Shown here one piece after another: positions 1 through 13,850 of a stretch of 64,000 nucleotides of DNA. Every line of letters starts with the position of its first letter. Position 1 is the stretch's first letter. Source of the DNA: Camelus dromedarius (lineage: Eukaryota); assembly GCF_036321535.1 (NCBI RefSeq), contig NC_087436.1:30320001-30384000 (forward strand), in the 5' to 3' direction. The translations under genes were made by a program, and so were the position numbers. Under the pieces are notes generated by a model that was given only the letters and a program-made list of their open reading frames with translations, ran no database searches and had not been told where the DNA came from.

Positions 1-400
1 TGTACATCTCGATTGACATGGAAAAAAAATGGACAAAATCCAACACTTTCATAATAAAATCACCCTGTAAACCCTGAATAAAAAGGAACTTTCTCAGTAT
101 GGAAAGAGCACTTAGGGAAAACCCCACAACTAAATGTACTCAGTGACGAAAGAATGAAAACTTTCCCCCTAAAATAAGTAACAGGACAAACATGGCACTT
201 TCACCACCGCCGTCCAGTACTCTACTGGAATTTCAAGCAGGAGCAACTGGGCAAGAAAATAAGTTAATTAATAAATGGCATTCAAATTGCAAAGGAAGAA
301 TTAAACCTACATCTTAAGAAACTGAAAAAAAGAAGAGGTAACTAAACTAAAGTTAAAAAAGAGGGAAATAATAAAGGTTAGAGTAGAAAATAACAAAACC
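1..400 (+). mobile_element. Old L1 ORF2 fragments (RT region, then an out-of-order upstream ORF2 piece)
   Basis: Degenerate match to L1 ORF2 DKIQH..KPT..LN.ERMKTFPL...GIQIAKEELN at 1-308. 310-400 resembles HLKKLEKEE..K.K.KREIIKVR, which lies upstream in ORF2. Confidence 0.8.
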
Positions 401-444
401 CAGAAGTTATGACCTACACACTAGGAAAAACAAAACAAAACAAA

Positions 445-620
445 ATCTTTCAGAAGTTTGGAAGTGTTCTCTTGTTCTCGCCTATGCTTTCTTGGGAAGA
501 ATTTGATAAGAATTGTTATTGATTCTTTCAATGTTCGGTAAAATTCACTGGTAAATTAATTTGGTCTTGGATTTTTTTTTCCCCCTTTGAGGTTATAATA
601 GCTAATTTAGTCTTTTTCTG
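445..620 (-). mobile_element. L1 ORF2 fragment, antisense
   Basis: gaagtttggaagtgttctc...ttctttcaatgttcggtaaaattcactggtaaatt is a typical reverse-strand L1 ORF2 stretch. Confidence 0.65.
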
Positions 621-679
621 TTAAACATTACATCTGGTCATCTGGTCACTTACAGAAGCAATTTGTGTTGCCTGCACCT

Positions 680-2430
680 TTTTTTTTTCCCCTGGTGTAA
701 AAGTCATAATTTCAGGTTTCTGTGCAAGTTTCAAATTTTTGTTGGAAACTGGACATTTTAATTAGTGTTTTGTTGCAACTCTAGATACTGATCCCCATTC
801 CTGTCCCCAGGGTTTGTTATTGTTTTTTTGCTTATTTGTTTTTCAGTGACTAGGTAGATTGTTTTAGTGAAGTCTGTTTATTCCTCCCTCACAACGTGGA
901 CCCTTTGATGTTGTTCTGCTGGGTGAAACAGCTTCAGAAATGCCTCCAGTCTCCTGGGATGCCAATGGTATTGATAGGGCTTTCCTTCTCTCTTTCTCTG
1001 ACCACATTCCGCTGTTAAATGCCCTTAATGGTGGGCAGATTACTCAACTGTTTTCAGCAATGCCCTGGAGCATAAATTCCTCTACAAACCAACTCAATTA
1101 AGTTTTGGCTGTCCTGAAGGGTTAGTTTCTGAGGCCCCTTGTTGATATCTATTTTGACTCCAGGATTTCTCCCCGCAGCAGTGTCATTACCTGATTCTAC
1201 CCTGCAATCTAGCCAGTTTAATGTCTGGACTGTATCTTCATTAAGTCCATGAATCTCATCCCAGTTGCCTTGTGCCATTCCACGGTTTTTCAGCACTTTA
1301 TGCTTAAATTTCCCCATATTCTGTGAGAAATAAAGGCAGTTGCTTTGGAAAGAGATTAGGAACTATGTATTTTAGGGTGTGCCTCTTCCCCTAGGCAAAA
1401 TCTGAGCCTGGGCTCTGGAGCTTGGGGTGGGGACTATGTCAGGCTACTTTCTGAGTGGCACCTACTCTGTCGATTACGAACCGAGTTTGGGTAGAGGGTA
1501 GGACTACTGTACTAAGGTCCTCTCGACTTGCCTCTCCCAGTTTGGAAAGGTCACCATGTGATCTGGGGCAAGGGCAATTGAGGCTTTGTACTGGCATGTG
1601 CTAAGCCTCCGTTCCATGAATGTCACCATTCATAAAAAAGAAAACTCTACCACTCAACCATACTAACCTGTGACTTAGCCTCAGCAACAAGTACCTAGGG
1701 ATGGATGAGAAGTGCTGAAGTCCTGCACCTCCCAGAATAAAAGCCTTCTTGTTATGGTAACGACAGGCCAGTCAAGAAACAAGCACCACTCGGAGGGTTG
1801 GAGTACTCAGATGTATTACACCGGCGGGCTCAGAGGGGCTTCTGCTCCGAAGCTCTGAGCACCTCCAAGACGTGCGCATGAGGTTTTATAGGGTAAAGTA
1901 CAAGCTTGGGGTATTCGGCCAGTAGGCATGGAACAGCTTTAGCAGCATTATCATCACAAAGGTGGAGGCGGGGAGGCAGCAAACCAACATTCCAAAGCCA
2001 GATATGTATCTTTGAAAACCCAGCTGGCTAGCAAAAAACATGAACAGCAAACCAACACTAATTAACTTAGATTTACAAGTTAGTCCAGCAGAACTCAGAT
2101 CAGTATTCCAATACTTAGATTTGTGAGTTATCTTGTTAGCCCAGCTCAGCCTCTCCTTCACATTCCTAGACTTGTGAGTTATCTTGTTAGACCAGCCCGG
2201 CTTTTCCTTCACATTCTGACTGGAAGCTGGGGGAAAGGGAGCCCTGTGTTCTTGGCTGAAGCATTCTGGAGTGGAGTCTCTGATGCTCTGATTTGGGAGG
2301 GTGGAGAGAAGTGGTTTGGATTCAAATACCCTAGTTGCGTTTCTTACAAATTGTAATAGATTTAAATAAATAGATGTTTCTTTCTTTGCTCCTTTTCCTT
2401 AGGACCGCTTCCAGAAGCTTTAAATGGTTA
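680..2430 (-). mobile_element. Old L1 (L1MC/L1MD-like) 5' region, interrupted by an LTR at 1750-2213 and an L1MC at ~2455-3599; resumes ~3600-3690
   Basis: Motifs typical of antisense L1M 5' ends (ttggaaactggacattttaa...gcaactctagatactgat). The sequence reads continuously across the LTR (aagccttct|gactggaagctggg). Confidence 0.5.
1750..2213 (-). mobile_element. Solo ERV1-class LTR, relatively young
   Basis: TG...CA termini. 4-bp TSD ttct at 1746-1749 and 2214-2217. Minus-strand TATAAAA at ~1884-1890. Many retained CpGs. ~51-bp tandem duplication at the U3 end. Confidence 0.85.
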
Positions 2431-2454
2431 CGTTTCTTTTGTTGTTATTGTTGT

Positions 2455-3599
2455 TGGTTTTAGATTTTTTTTTTCAGAGCAGTTTTAAGTTCATAGCTCA
2501 GAAAGTACAGAATTTCCCATAAACGGCCTTTCCCCTCACAGGCACACCCTCCTCCTCTATCAACATCCTATACCACAGTGGTGCCTTTGTTATAATCAAT
2601 GAAACTTCACTACACATTATTATCATCCAAAGTCCTTAGTTTAAATTAGAGTTCACTCTACATTCTACAGGTTTGGATGAGCGTATAATGACATGTATCC
2701 TCTAATATAATATCTTACGGAGTAGTTTTACTGCCCTACATTTCCCCTGTGTTTTGCTAATTTATCCCTCTCTCCTGCCTAATCTCTGGCAACCAATGAA
2801 GTGATCTTTCTAGTGCCTCCATAGTTTTGCCTTTTACAAGATAATGTATAGTTTGAAACATACATTATGTTGTCATTTAAGATTGGTTCAACTTAATAAT
2901 GTGCATTTAAGCTTCCTCAATATCTTTTCATGACTTACAGCTCATTTATTTTTAGCACTGAATAATATTTCATTATCTGGACTTCCCACACTTTATTTAT
3001 ATATTCACTTACTGGAGAATATCTTGATTACTTCCATGTTTTGCCAATTATGAACTGCTGAAAACATCCATGTGCAAGTTTTGTGTGAACATGTTTTCAT
3101 CTCCTTTGGGTAAATATCAAGGCTTATGATTGCTGGATTATACTATAAGAGTATGTTTAGTTTTGTAAGAAACTTCCAAACTGTAAGGTGGCTGTATCAT
3201 TTTGCATTCCTCCCAGTGTGGAATGAGAATTTCTGTAGCTCCACGTCTCTGCCATCAATGTCATCAGTGTTCTGGATTTAGGCCATTTCTAAGAGATGTA
3301 TGGTGGTAACTCACTGTTGTTTTAATTTCCAATTATCTAATGACATAAGATGTTGACCATCTTTTCATATGTTTATTTATCATCTCTCTATATTCTTTGG
3401 TGAGGTGTCTGTTCAGTTCTTTTCTCATTTTTAATCAGGTTCTTTGTCTTCTCATTTTAGAGTTTTAAGAGTTTTTTGTATATTGTGAGTAACAGTCCCT
3501 TATTAGATACTTTTTACAAATTTTTTCTCCCAGTCTCTGGCTTGTCTTATTATTTTTCTGACAATGTTTTTCATTCAGCAGAAGTTTTTAATTTTGATC
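2455..3599 (-). mobile_element. L1MC1/L1MC2-like 3' end
   Basis: T-rich start, then gagcagttttaagttcatagc...gtacagaatttcccata, characteristic of L1MC1/2 3' UTRs, running into the ORF2 C-terminus. Possible TSD aaatggtt at 2422-2429 and 3600-3607. Confidence 0.8.
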
Positions 3600-3935
3600 A
3601 AATGGTTGTTTTTTTAAAAATAATTTTTACCACTTTTGCTCAAGATGGGGTGGAGTTCCTTAGGCTGTCATGCCAGAAGTCAGTCTCTGAGATATTCTTT
3701 ATAGCTCATAAAATTAAAGATTATGGAAACAGTGGACTATATTTTATAGCAGAAGAAAATCCATTAGTTATATGTATATAAAAATTTATTACATATCCAC
3801 ATATTTTGAGGCTTAAGAGATATAAAATTATCTGTTAAAAAGTCACATCCTTCTAGACTCCAAACCCAAATTTGTCTGGGGGAAGCAGTGAGAAATTTAA
3901 ATAGAGAGGATCAAAGCTTAATGAGAAGTAAATTA

Positions 3936-4045
3936 GGAGAAGGGTATAGCTCAGTGGTAGAGTGTGTGCTTAGCATACATGAAATCCTGGGTTCACTCTC
4001 CAGTACCTCCATTAAAAAATAAATAAATAAACATAATTACTTTCT
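3936..4045 (+). mobile_element. tRNA-derived SINE of camelid type
   Basis: Pol III A box tagctcagtgg (~3947) and B box gggttcactctcc (~3989), followed by agtacctccattaaaaaataaataaataaac.taattac, the camelid SINE body and tail. Confidence 0.85.
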
Positions 4046-5239
4046 TTTCTATATTTCTTTTTCTGCAAAACATAGATATTCCTTTAAAAATGGTGTCTCT
4101 CAAACATATTACATATAACAGGATCATGACTATTTTGAAGCATGGATCCAGAGATAGGTCTTCCAGTCTGTGTAACTGTGCCTTCTGCCAGCAAGAAGGG
4201 AACATCTAAGATCAATTTCTTTAATAGTAGATATAATCTTCAGTGACTATTAGTCTAAAGAAAAAGATTAAAAAGCCTAACTACTTCCAATTTTCTTCTC
4301 CCTCAAAGTAAATCTGGAAGAGTTCCCTATATAAAACATAGAGAATGACATTGAAATTATCAATTTACTAAAAAAAAAAAAAAAAGTTCTGTTCTTTCAG
4401 TTAACTTAATGTCATATTGCATTTACTATATATTTTAAAGATTTCCATTTTAAAATTATTTTCAATAGTAGTTGGAAAATACCTACCTTAAATTTTGTTT
4501 CTGTTATATTTTCTTGTTTAGATGAATATTACATTCAATTATTTTCTTGTTAATTTTTTACCACTGAATACAAGTACAACAATTAATATATGGTATGCAT
4601 GCATATATTTGCAATTTTAATTGATTATATTCTTAATACTATGATTTGATTTTTTTATAACTTAATTCTTGGTATTATGGATTTTACATGCTTTATAATG
4701 CCTTGATTGTATTTAATTAGATTTATTCAAATTTTCCCACCTTGTTGGTCAATTAGGAAAATTCCAATTTATTGTTATTACAAACACTTCTTATAAATTC
4801 TTGTAGATCTTTTCATTCACATAATTGTTTCTTAAGGATATCTTTCTGAAGTGCTATTTCTTGTTAATTTTCAAAGCTTTTGATATTCATTACCACATTG
4901 CCTTCCAGAAAGGTCATACCAATTTATATTCTCATATTAATATAGTGGGAAGAAGACATTTTTTATGTTTTTAATTGGGAGGATAATTGGCAAATGCTTT
5001 CTATAGTTCAAAGGAAGGGAAGTAGCCTATAATTCTAAATTAATGCGAAAATATAAGTGGATGTTATAGCTTCTGTATGATTACTATAGGATTGCTTCCC
5101 CCTATACACCAGGGGATGAAGATTAGGAATAAGCCTAAAATTCATGTAGTCCCACTCCTTCAGTTTTTCTTATGAGAATGGTAAATTAATATAGAGATTC
5201 ACTCCAGAAAAGGTAGTTTTTATAGTATTCTGTAGTAAA

Positions 5240-5565
5240 ATATTGTTCAAAAAATATAAAGTTTCAGTTATGCCAAATGAATAAATCCTAAAGGTCTGCT
5301 GCACGACATACTGCCTGTGGTTAACAATACTGTCTTCTACCTTAAAGCATTTGATAAGAGGGTAGATCATATTTTATGCATTGTTATTACACAAAAGGTG
5401 GGAAAGAGGCAAGAGAAAACTTTTAAAAGTGATGGATATCTTCATTAATTTGATTGTGATGATGCTTTCATAGGTTTATGCATATGTCCAAACTCATCAA
5501 GTTGTATTAAATATGTGCAGCTTTTTGTATATCAACTATACCTCAGTAAAGATGCTAAAAATAAA
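5240..5565 (+). mobile_element. L1MA/L1MB-type 3' UTR
   Basis: gttaacaatactgt...taagagggtagatc...tatgtccaaactcatcaagttgta...tcaactatacctcagtaaag followed by an A-rich tail. Confidence 0.8.
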
Positions 5566-6189
5566 GTTTACATGTGGGAAAAATCAAATTTTGTACCTCT
5601 ATATCTAATTTGATGGACAGTAGCTATATAAGCTAACCTCCTTTCCTGCTCAAAAAAGCATATGGGAATGCCAATGTATGCTCAGTGAAGCTTTTATATA
5701 ATATCATTGACTCCACTGAAATTATACAATTACATACACATATGTATATATTATATATATATATATACACACATATATTAAGGTGTCTGTGAAACTTTAC
5801 ATACATTGTGATCTTTGACAACCTGCTGCTTAGTCTTAAGACAGATTAGACAGATTTATCATAACAAAAGATTGTTCATGGGCTTTATCACTGCTGACAA
5901 CACTAAAATACTATTTCTTCAAGATTACGGTAGTTTTTGCCAATTGTTGTCTTGACATATCTGGTTGTAGTTGATTTGTTTAAATTTGATCTCATACTCA
6001 GTTTAGTAACTTGCATTTCTTCAGTTTATTTTTACACATATTCTATTGTATATATATTTGCATACTAATGTAGAACAACATTACATAAAACATGAAATCA
6101 ATGTATTTGAAATATATCAATCAACTTTATTATAATAAAATAATTTTTCTAAGTTCAGAGCACTAAGTAAAAAGTGACACACTTTATCA

Positions 6190-6435
6190 TATTAGAGAGG
6201 TAAAGAGTCTGAGCTCTGGAAATGTATCTTTGTGACTCAGAGAAAATCATCAATTTAATGCCTTGTAAATTGGTATATAATGTGTAAGCATGTATCTATG
6301 AGTATGTGTAAAATTTTTGATATAAATACAGATATATACACATCAATTTCTATCAAGGCTTTATGAGACAATATTTGCGAAATATTTAGCATGTCTGGTA
6401 CAAAACAAGGGGTCAGTAAAGTTTGTTATCATTTT
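6190..6435 (+). mobile_element. MIR (degenerate)
   Basis: gtaaagagtctgagctctgg at the start and aaatatttagcatgtctggtaca...tcagtaaagtttgttatcatt matching the MIR tail. Confidence 0.5.
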
Positions 6436-9400
6436 CATGACAATATTTTCATATTCTCTGAATATCCTTTATCATAAAAATATTTATCATAAACCGTAAA
6501 ACACATCATATATAATATTTTGTAATAAAAGTATAATGTTTCTTAGCACTGTGATGAGCAATACTAGAGACATCCATTAATTCTTATTTGTATTTGCTAT
6601 TATGTATATTAAATAAAACCAAAAGGATATTTATTTAAATTTGGCACTTTTTACCTCCTTTTCTAAATTTAGGAAAAATCTTTTGTCAAATACCACAATC
6701 TATAAATAGTTAAAAAACTTTTTTTTTTTAACTAACAAAGGGAGTTAAAGTGATTCAATATATTTGAGAACAGAAAATAAGGGCTGAACAAATGTGGCAC
6801 AGAATGGCTCTGACGTGTATATTATCTTACCTGGAATCATTTCATTATGAGGTCTGAAAAAAATACCTGTTCTTTGGGACTGAGTGAATATAGCTCTAAT
6901 TTCAGCCTCTAATTTCAGGTTCTCATACATAATTACTCTCTCTGTGAGTGTAGAGTGGAGGGTTTTCTGTTACCTTGGGTATGAGCTTTAATTTAAATCC
7001 TCGGATTTCCAAAATTCTAATTTAAACTTCAGAGCAGCACATCTATGATCAGATTGTTCTCTTGCAAATGGGGTTGATAATTTGTGAATCCCAAATGGAA
7101 CAAATCATTTAGCTGAACTCAAAGAGCCAGTTAGTCAATGCTTTAGGTTTTTTTTTTTTTTTTCCTTTCTTTTGCAAAATGAAAGAAGAACTTAAATACT
7201 ATTCTGAGAACCTAATCAAGAGGAACTACAGAGTTACTCTGGAATTATATGCCCAGTGGCAATTCAAATCCACCCCTTTGGAGAAATATTAATAAGTTAA
7301 GTTAAAGAAATGGCAAAATGAGACAGTCTGAAAAACTTACTGTCATGTAGCTTATTTTTCATGATTTATATTGAAGACAAAAGACCTTTCATCTGCAGAC
7401 TATATCACACAAGTTAGAATCCATTGCTTCTCAAGCAGGGAAGAATCCTCTACCATTTATATCCAATTCTTAAGGCTACCTAAAATGTCAGACATCAAAA
7501 ATTACCAGCTCTTTGCAACTGTCATCTTTCTTTCTCTGTTCTTCATTCCTGAGGAGCCACTGGTCCTAAAATTGATGAGAAGAGCAATCTAACCAGATAT
7601 AGAAAAGCAGGAAGATATTCTTCCTTTAAAATAAAAATAATCAGTATCTTCCTGAGAGAAACAAAACAAACAAAACAAACAAAAAAAACTCACTTGACAA
7701 GCAGAAGGAGAGTCCAGGAGTGTTAAGGAAGATCACAATCAAGAGGCCGTCTGCAAGAGGCCGTCTGCAAGACCTCAGAAGAGAAGCAAGGAGGGGCATT
7801 CTTATGCCCCTGTGGTAGATGTTAGCTGCATAAAGATAGCAAGAGAGACGTATGACCCTAATCTTAGCTTATCTCGCCTGGTGATATAGTTTAGGACTTT
7901 ACTATTCACAATAGAAAGTTGTTGCACAGAGTGAATCTTTTCTGAAGATGAATAGTTCTTCTCACAAACATTAATCTGGTCAATATGAAGTCGGCTACAT
8001 TCTCAACTGCTTTAGCGCCAGAAATGGTTTAAGTGGTAGCCCAGATGTTGAAAATATTAAAAATGTGTATTCATTTTGTTCATCCTGAAATTATAAGCCG
8101 AGGTGCATAGTTAGGAGCATAGGAAGAAGAAAAGCAAGAGTTTAAGCAGAGTGGATGCGCAATGAAGTAGCATAAAATGATGGCTACACGTGGACAGAAG
8201 GGAGGATTTGTAATCAAGGTTTATCTTGATTATCCTATTGTCAATAGGCTCAAGAAATGGCTCTTGAATTACAAATATGGTAGAAAAATAGATTTTTGGT
8301 TTGGATATTTTCCTCTGAAGCCTGGAGCTCAATTAAATTCTGTCTTGTAATTTGTTTTGGTGTGGCCATGATTAACTTTAATGGATAAAATGGAGTTACA
8401 GGTTTAAGATATGTATCAGGAAGTATAAATGAAACAAACGAAGTGTTATGGCTTCATTTCTATTCTCAATAGGAAGTGGGGTGATTCTGCCAGCTTGCAT
8501 GTATTTGGTTATTCCAGGTAAACAATCAAATAAAATACTTTGGTAGATTTGATGACACAAAATGATGAAGACAAATGTATATCAGATAAGCCCAAACAGG
8601 CAGACCTTGAAAGTCCAATTAATTATATAAAAGCATTAACATCTAAGTAGAGTAAGATCTCTGGGTGAGTGAAACAAAAGCAAGAAGCATAAAAGACAAG
8701 GTGTGGTGGAAAATTTTTACCAAATATGTAAATTTTTATCAATATGTAAATGTAGAATTTTAAACAGGTATAAACCCTCTGAAAAGGAATTAACAGCGTT
8801 AATGAAAGCGATAAAGGTTAAGTGGTCTCTCTGCCTCCGTCAATGCACCCTTTCCCACCTCAGTGGGGGTGTTATGGAAACTTACGTAGAATTCCACACA
8901 TTACCTATGTCTCATAAACCCCACATGGTTGAGGCTGCAGCAGACACAAAAGGTGTTAAAAATTCAAAGTTTTAGTTTCTAAGTCCAATGTTAGACATAA
9001 AGTCATATATTTCTTACAATAAATTCTACCAAGTGAGAAAATGAAGAAAAATGACAGGAGAAGGAGGAGGAGGAGTTATTTAGAAAAAGCTCTCCCTGTG
9101 ATGATATTTTCATCATTATCTACTTCAGATTAAGTAAGAATGAAGAACATATCATTATGTTCCAACAAAATTTATCATGTGACAAAGAAAATTAAATGAA
9201 AGAAAAAGTATGTTTCAGTTATTTTGCCATCAAATATAAATAATGATAAGAAGTTGGTAAAACTTTTATTTTCCTTAAATGACAAGGAATAATCAATCCT
9301 CTGTTATTATAAGCAATAAATATCATACATTTGGCCACATAGGCTCAAAGTTATTTTGACAAATGAATCAATTCCTTTATAATTAAACAAGCTCAAAAAG

Positions 9401-10399
9401 TCTACACAACCTAAATATAGTCAATACTTCAGATATTGAATTTTAGAGATTTTTTTTTTCCTTATGATGAGAGGAAGTTACATTGTATCTTCTGTATTTA
9501 CATTTGTGAGAAGTAAGAAACTGGAACTGAATTTGAAAATTGGAATTTTATGTAGCATGTTGTAAACTGAATGCTAAGAACTTAGCTAATATATTGTTAA
9601 GACTGCCTGCTTCCAAAATGAATCATTTTGATTTTTAACCTTTTACTTTGGTTCTGGGGAAGAGGGGCCAGATTCTAAATGTGATTGAAATATGAGTACC
9701 AATAAAGTAAACCCTGACTGAGCATTTACTATAATCCAGATGCTATACTAAGTCTCTCATCTACTTTTTTTTTAAAATTTGAGATAAAAGTTCCATTGAA
9801 AAGACTATGTAAAACATATCTTTAATTTTAAAAATAATTATAAAGCAAAGATCTATCCATCTCACAAATAAAATATTTCTACTTCTCATTCCAACTCTAG
9901 AATTAACAGAATCCTGAAAGTTTTGGAAACACTAGTAATAGCTTTATACCTAAATACACAGTCCAAAGCAATAGTTGCTGTTTGCTGTTATCTTCAGCCC
10001 CTCTTTTTGGCTTAATAATATTTTCCAAGTTTCATTTTCTGCTTTTCTTGCTCTTTTGCCATCATCTGAATACCACTTCATTGTTGCAGAAAGTACATGC
10101 AAATTTTTTGTTTCTTTGAAAGATTGTTTTTCAGCTTCTGTTCTGCCCTCAATCTGTAATGACTCTGCTGTGATCATCAAATCTCTCTTGAAGCATGATT
10201 TCTGTCTTTAAGAATTTCTTGTAGTGGTACACACACCTTGGTGTCTTCAACTTTAATAATGCTGTCATGACATTATGTTAACTCTTAGCTGCCTTCCCCA
10301 TTTCTTTGCTGTTAGTCATAGTAAAAATCTTAAAATATTTATTTGTATTTATTAATCCAAATGCAAATTCTTTGCTTCCTAGTGTGTCTTTAGCTTAAT

Positions 10400-11650
10400 C
10401 AAAATTACCTTTTATCTGCATCTGTTCCATTAGAACTGCTGTGGTCAAGAAAAATCCTACCTTAAATTCTTGAAGATATTCTCCTGTTATTTTCTGAAGA
10501 GTTTATTGTATTTCCTCCTACCTTAAATCAGCAATTTTCTTCTAATTAAGCTTTGTGAATAGTGTGAGGAAAAGTTTTCATTAAAAAAATGGATTTCCAA
10601 TTACCAAGTTTCACTGTTATTAAATGACTATTTGTCCACTGCTCACAGGTGCAAAATATTTTTAATAAAGTAACTGTTCATAAATATTTAAGACTATTTC
10701 ACACATCTCTCTTTTGTATTGTTTTTCTGTTGATCTGTATTTATATCGATATGACTCAATTGCTAAAGTTCTTAATGTTGTGATATTTAAAAATGTAATT
10801 CTATTTTTTTCTTATTTTTATTTTGATAGACTTATTCATTTTGTTTTTTCATATTACTCAGAGACAATTTGACAATTTACTACATCATGCTAAATTAATT
10901 TAGATTGGGATTAAATTAAATTTATAGATCAATTTATGGAAAATGTATATAGGATTGTAATAGAGTTTCCGAATCCAGGAATATGGTAAAATATGCCAAC
11001 TGTTTATGTCTTCTAGAATTAATATCTGCAGTGTAGTATAATTTTTTTATATGGGGATCTTACACATATATTTAGATTTATTTATTTTGTTAGAGTTCAG
11101 TATTTGCTATTTTGATGTTATATACACATAATTTATAAATTGAATGTGAAAAATCATTGTTTTTGATATCTAGAAGTATAATTTTATATTGACTTTGTAT
11201 CTATCTACTCAAAATAAGTTCACTAATTTCAATGCCAATAATAAATATTTTATAACTATGTTTGTAATAAGTGTGATTTTATTTGTTTTACCTTCACTGT
11301 ACTGTCAGAGAATATTGTTGAATTGCAGTAATAGTGAACACAGACTTTTTTGTGTCTTACTGAATTGAAAGAGAATCACATTGAATATTTTGCTATTTCC
11401 TATATTTACTATAGGGTGTTTTCTTTAATACTGTGTGTAAATATCTTTAATCAGATTAATGAAATTCTCTTCTGATTTTGGTTTGCAATTTTTTTAAGTA
11501 CAATTGGATAATGGGTTTAATTAAATGCTTACCTTCTACTTTGAGCTGATCATATGGTTTATATCTCATACTGTGATATATTGGTAATATTTTATTTGTT
11601 GATTTTTACATATGAAACAAACTTACAGTATCTGAAATTAGCCTACCTTC
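10400..11650 (-). mobile_element. Ancient L1 (L1ME/MC-like) ORF2, antisense
   Basis: attgggattaaattaaatttatagatcaatt, atattgactttgtatct and ttgaaagagaatcacattg are reverse-strand ORF2 hallmarks. Confidence 0.65.
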
Positions 11651-11674
11651 ACTGTCACAAACTGTGACATGAAA

Positions 11675-12020
11675 ACGCATAGTCTCATAATGGTCTACAA
11701 GGCCCTACAGTATCTGCAGGTTTATTAACTCCATGACTTCATCTCTGACTAGCTTTTCTCTGGCTCAGCAGGCTTCAGTCACTGGGCCTCCTCCTTGCTC
11801 CTCAGACACACTCAGGGCTTTGCAAAGTGTTGTTTCCTTTGTCTAGAATGATTTTCCCCTAAATATCCACAGCCTCACCTTTAACAATTCTTTTCTCAAA
11901 TAACACATTCCCAGTGAACACTACCCTGACTACCTTAACAAATATTATAGCTGACATTCACCCTTATGCTTCCAAACTTTCATTACAATTACATAATTAT
12001 GTATTATGTCTAATGTCTGT
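11675..12020 (+). mobile_element. L2 3' fragment
   Basis: atggtctacaaggccctac...cactgggcctcctccttgctcctc...ctcagggctttgca...tctagaatg matches the L2 3' consensus. Confidence 0.75.
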
Positions 12021-12069
12021 CTGAGTAATAAAAATACCCAAATAGCATGGATTTGATAATTTCTTGGCT

Positions 12070-12235
12070 CATATTAATTGATTTAACCCATAAAATCATC
12101 CACATTTTATTTGCAGAAACCCAAGTGAAAGGAATTTAAGCCATTTACCCACAATCGCTTAACTATGAGTTTCAGAGGCAGGATTCAAACACCAGCTCTC
12201 TGTTTATTGCCTGAATTCTTACTGTATATTGCCTC
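12070..12235 (-). mobile_element. MIR
   Basis: ccacattttat..agaaacccaag...cagaggcaggattcaaacacc is the reverse MIR core. Confidence 0.6.
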
Positions 12236-13649
12236 TGGATTGGGTCACACATAAATAAGCACAACAAGGTAAGGGATTGTGACTTGTTATTTAATGGCTT
12301 ATCCCCATCACTCATTCAACAATAGCTGATACACTGTGGAAACTGAGTAAATACTTGTTTATTTAAACTGAGTGCTTGATATAAAACACCTAGAATAAAG
12401 TCAAGAGATATTTTAGGGTTCACTAAGAAAATGAAAAGTTTAAAACTACTGAAAGAGCAGACTTGAGGGAAGGCCGTATCATTCAGGACGCATATGTGGT
12501 TGAAACTCTTTTTTGTAATGATCAGTTTGAGCAGTCTGTGTCTGATCATTACATTAAAAAATGATCAATATATAAAGAAAAGTTAATAATTAATTTTTTC
12601 ATAAACCCTGAATAAAAAATTAAAACACACTATGAAGAAAGCAGTAGATGAATCAAATTATAAATTATTTGAGAACTCTCAAAACTGTCAGAACATCGTG
12701 GAAATTTTTATAGTCCTTTTTACAGCCTCTGTCATTTTTTATTTATGTCAAATTTATAATTTAAATAATGTAAAATCTATATTGATTTTGAAAACTTTGA
12801 ATTAGTTAATTTTCCTTCTTATCTTTATATATAATTAATTCATAATCTAAACATGTGCCAAATATATTTACACAAAAACAGAATCATATTTGAAACAGAG
12901 TTAATTCTTTTGGACAAATATTTATTATAAAGAGAATAAATTTCAAGATTTATTGTATAATATATTGTATAGGGAATGCTATTTTAACTCATTTCAACTT
13001 CCCTAATCACCACTCACCATCCACTGAAAGGAAATAACTTTTATAGTAACATCTTCTAAATTATATATTTCAAAATAACATGTTATATATTATAAGCTAA
13101 AGAAAGTAGAAATAAAAGTGGGTAAGACATATGAGGACAAAAAAAAGTTCCACCCTTATTATGCAAAAAAGTCTTCGTTGTAATCTTAGTATGCATTTAC
13201 AAAGGTATCCAGGCACAAGTAGGAAAGCACAAAGATTATATGAGTTACAGGCAATTTTAATAATGAAGGAGGTGAGAAGAGAAAGACAGAGAAGTGCCTA
13301 TCAGCTAGTTTGTGCTACACAACTATCAACCACAAGCTTTCAACGGCATGAAACAATAAACATTTATTTCAAATGTACACGTGGCTGTCAGGGGCAGAAC
13401 AACTTTGCTAAACCTGTCTTCTTCCATCCCAACACTAATCTGGAGGAATAGCAGCTACCCAGGGGAAGCTTTTCTCCTGGCAATGACAGAGGCACAAAAG
13501 TGCACTAACAAATTTTCAACTCCTGCTTTAAATAATTTTTTTTGTCATAAACGGGTGTTGAATTGCCTCAAATTATTTTTCTACATAATTAAGTTTGTTA
13601 AATTATTTTTCTGCTGATTTATTTTCTACTGTTTAATGACTTTCCAGAC

Positions 13650-13850
13650 CTGGTATAAACTCAAATTCAACATGATAAGAGTATCCTTCCTTATACGTTG
13701 CTGCTCGCCATTTGCTAATATTTTGCTTTTAATTTTCGTATCATATCACATAAGTGAGATAGGCTTACAGATTTCATTTTCTTTACTATACTTTATTGAG
13801 TTTGGTGTCAAGCTTATACAATCTTCATAAAATGCACTGGGAGTATCTGA
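13650..13850 (-). mobile_element. L1 ORF2 fragment
   Basis: atttgctaatattttg...ataagtgagataggct...tttggtgtcaagcttata...cttcataaaatg. Confidence 0.65.

Noticed and set aside
1886..2212. 108-aa ORF with repeated NKITHKS
   Set aside because: It arises from the tandem duplication inside the LTR U3.
3942..4012. tRNA gene (Ala-like)
   Set aside because: The acceptor stem and arms are degenerate and it is followed by a SINE tail, so it is a SINE head.
7740..7772. 14-bp direct duplication caagaggccgtctg x2 (similar 8-13 bp duplications at ~631, 29580, 52632, 60810)
   Set aside because: Ordinary slippage duplications with two copies and no spacers, so not an array or CRISPR-like.
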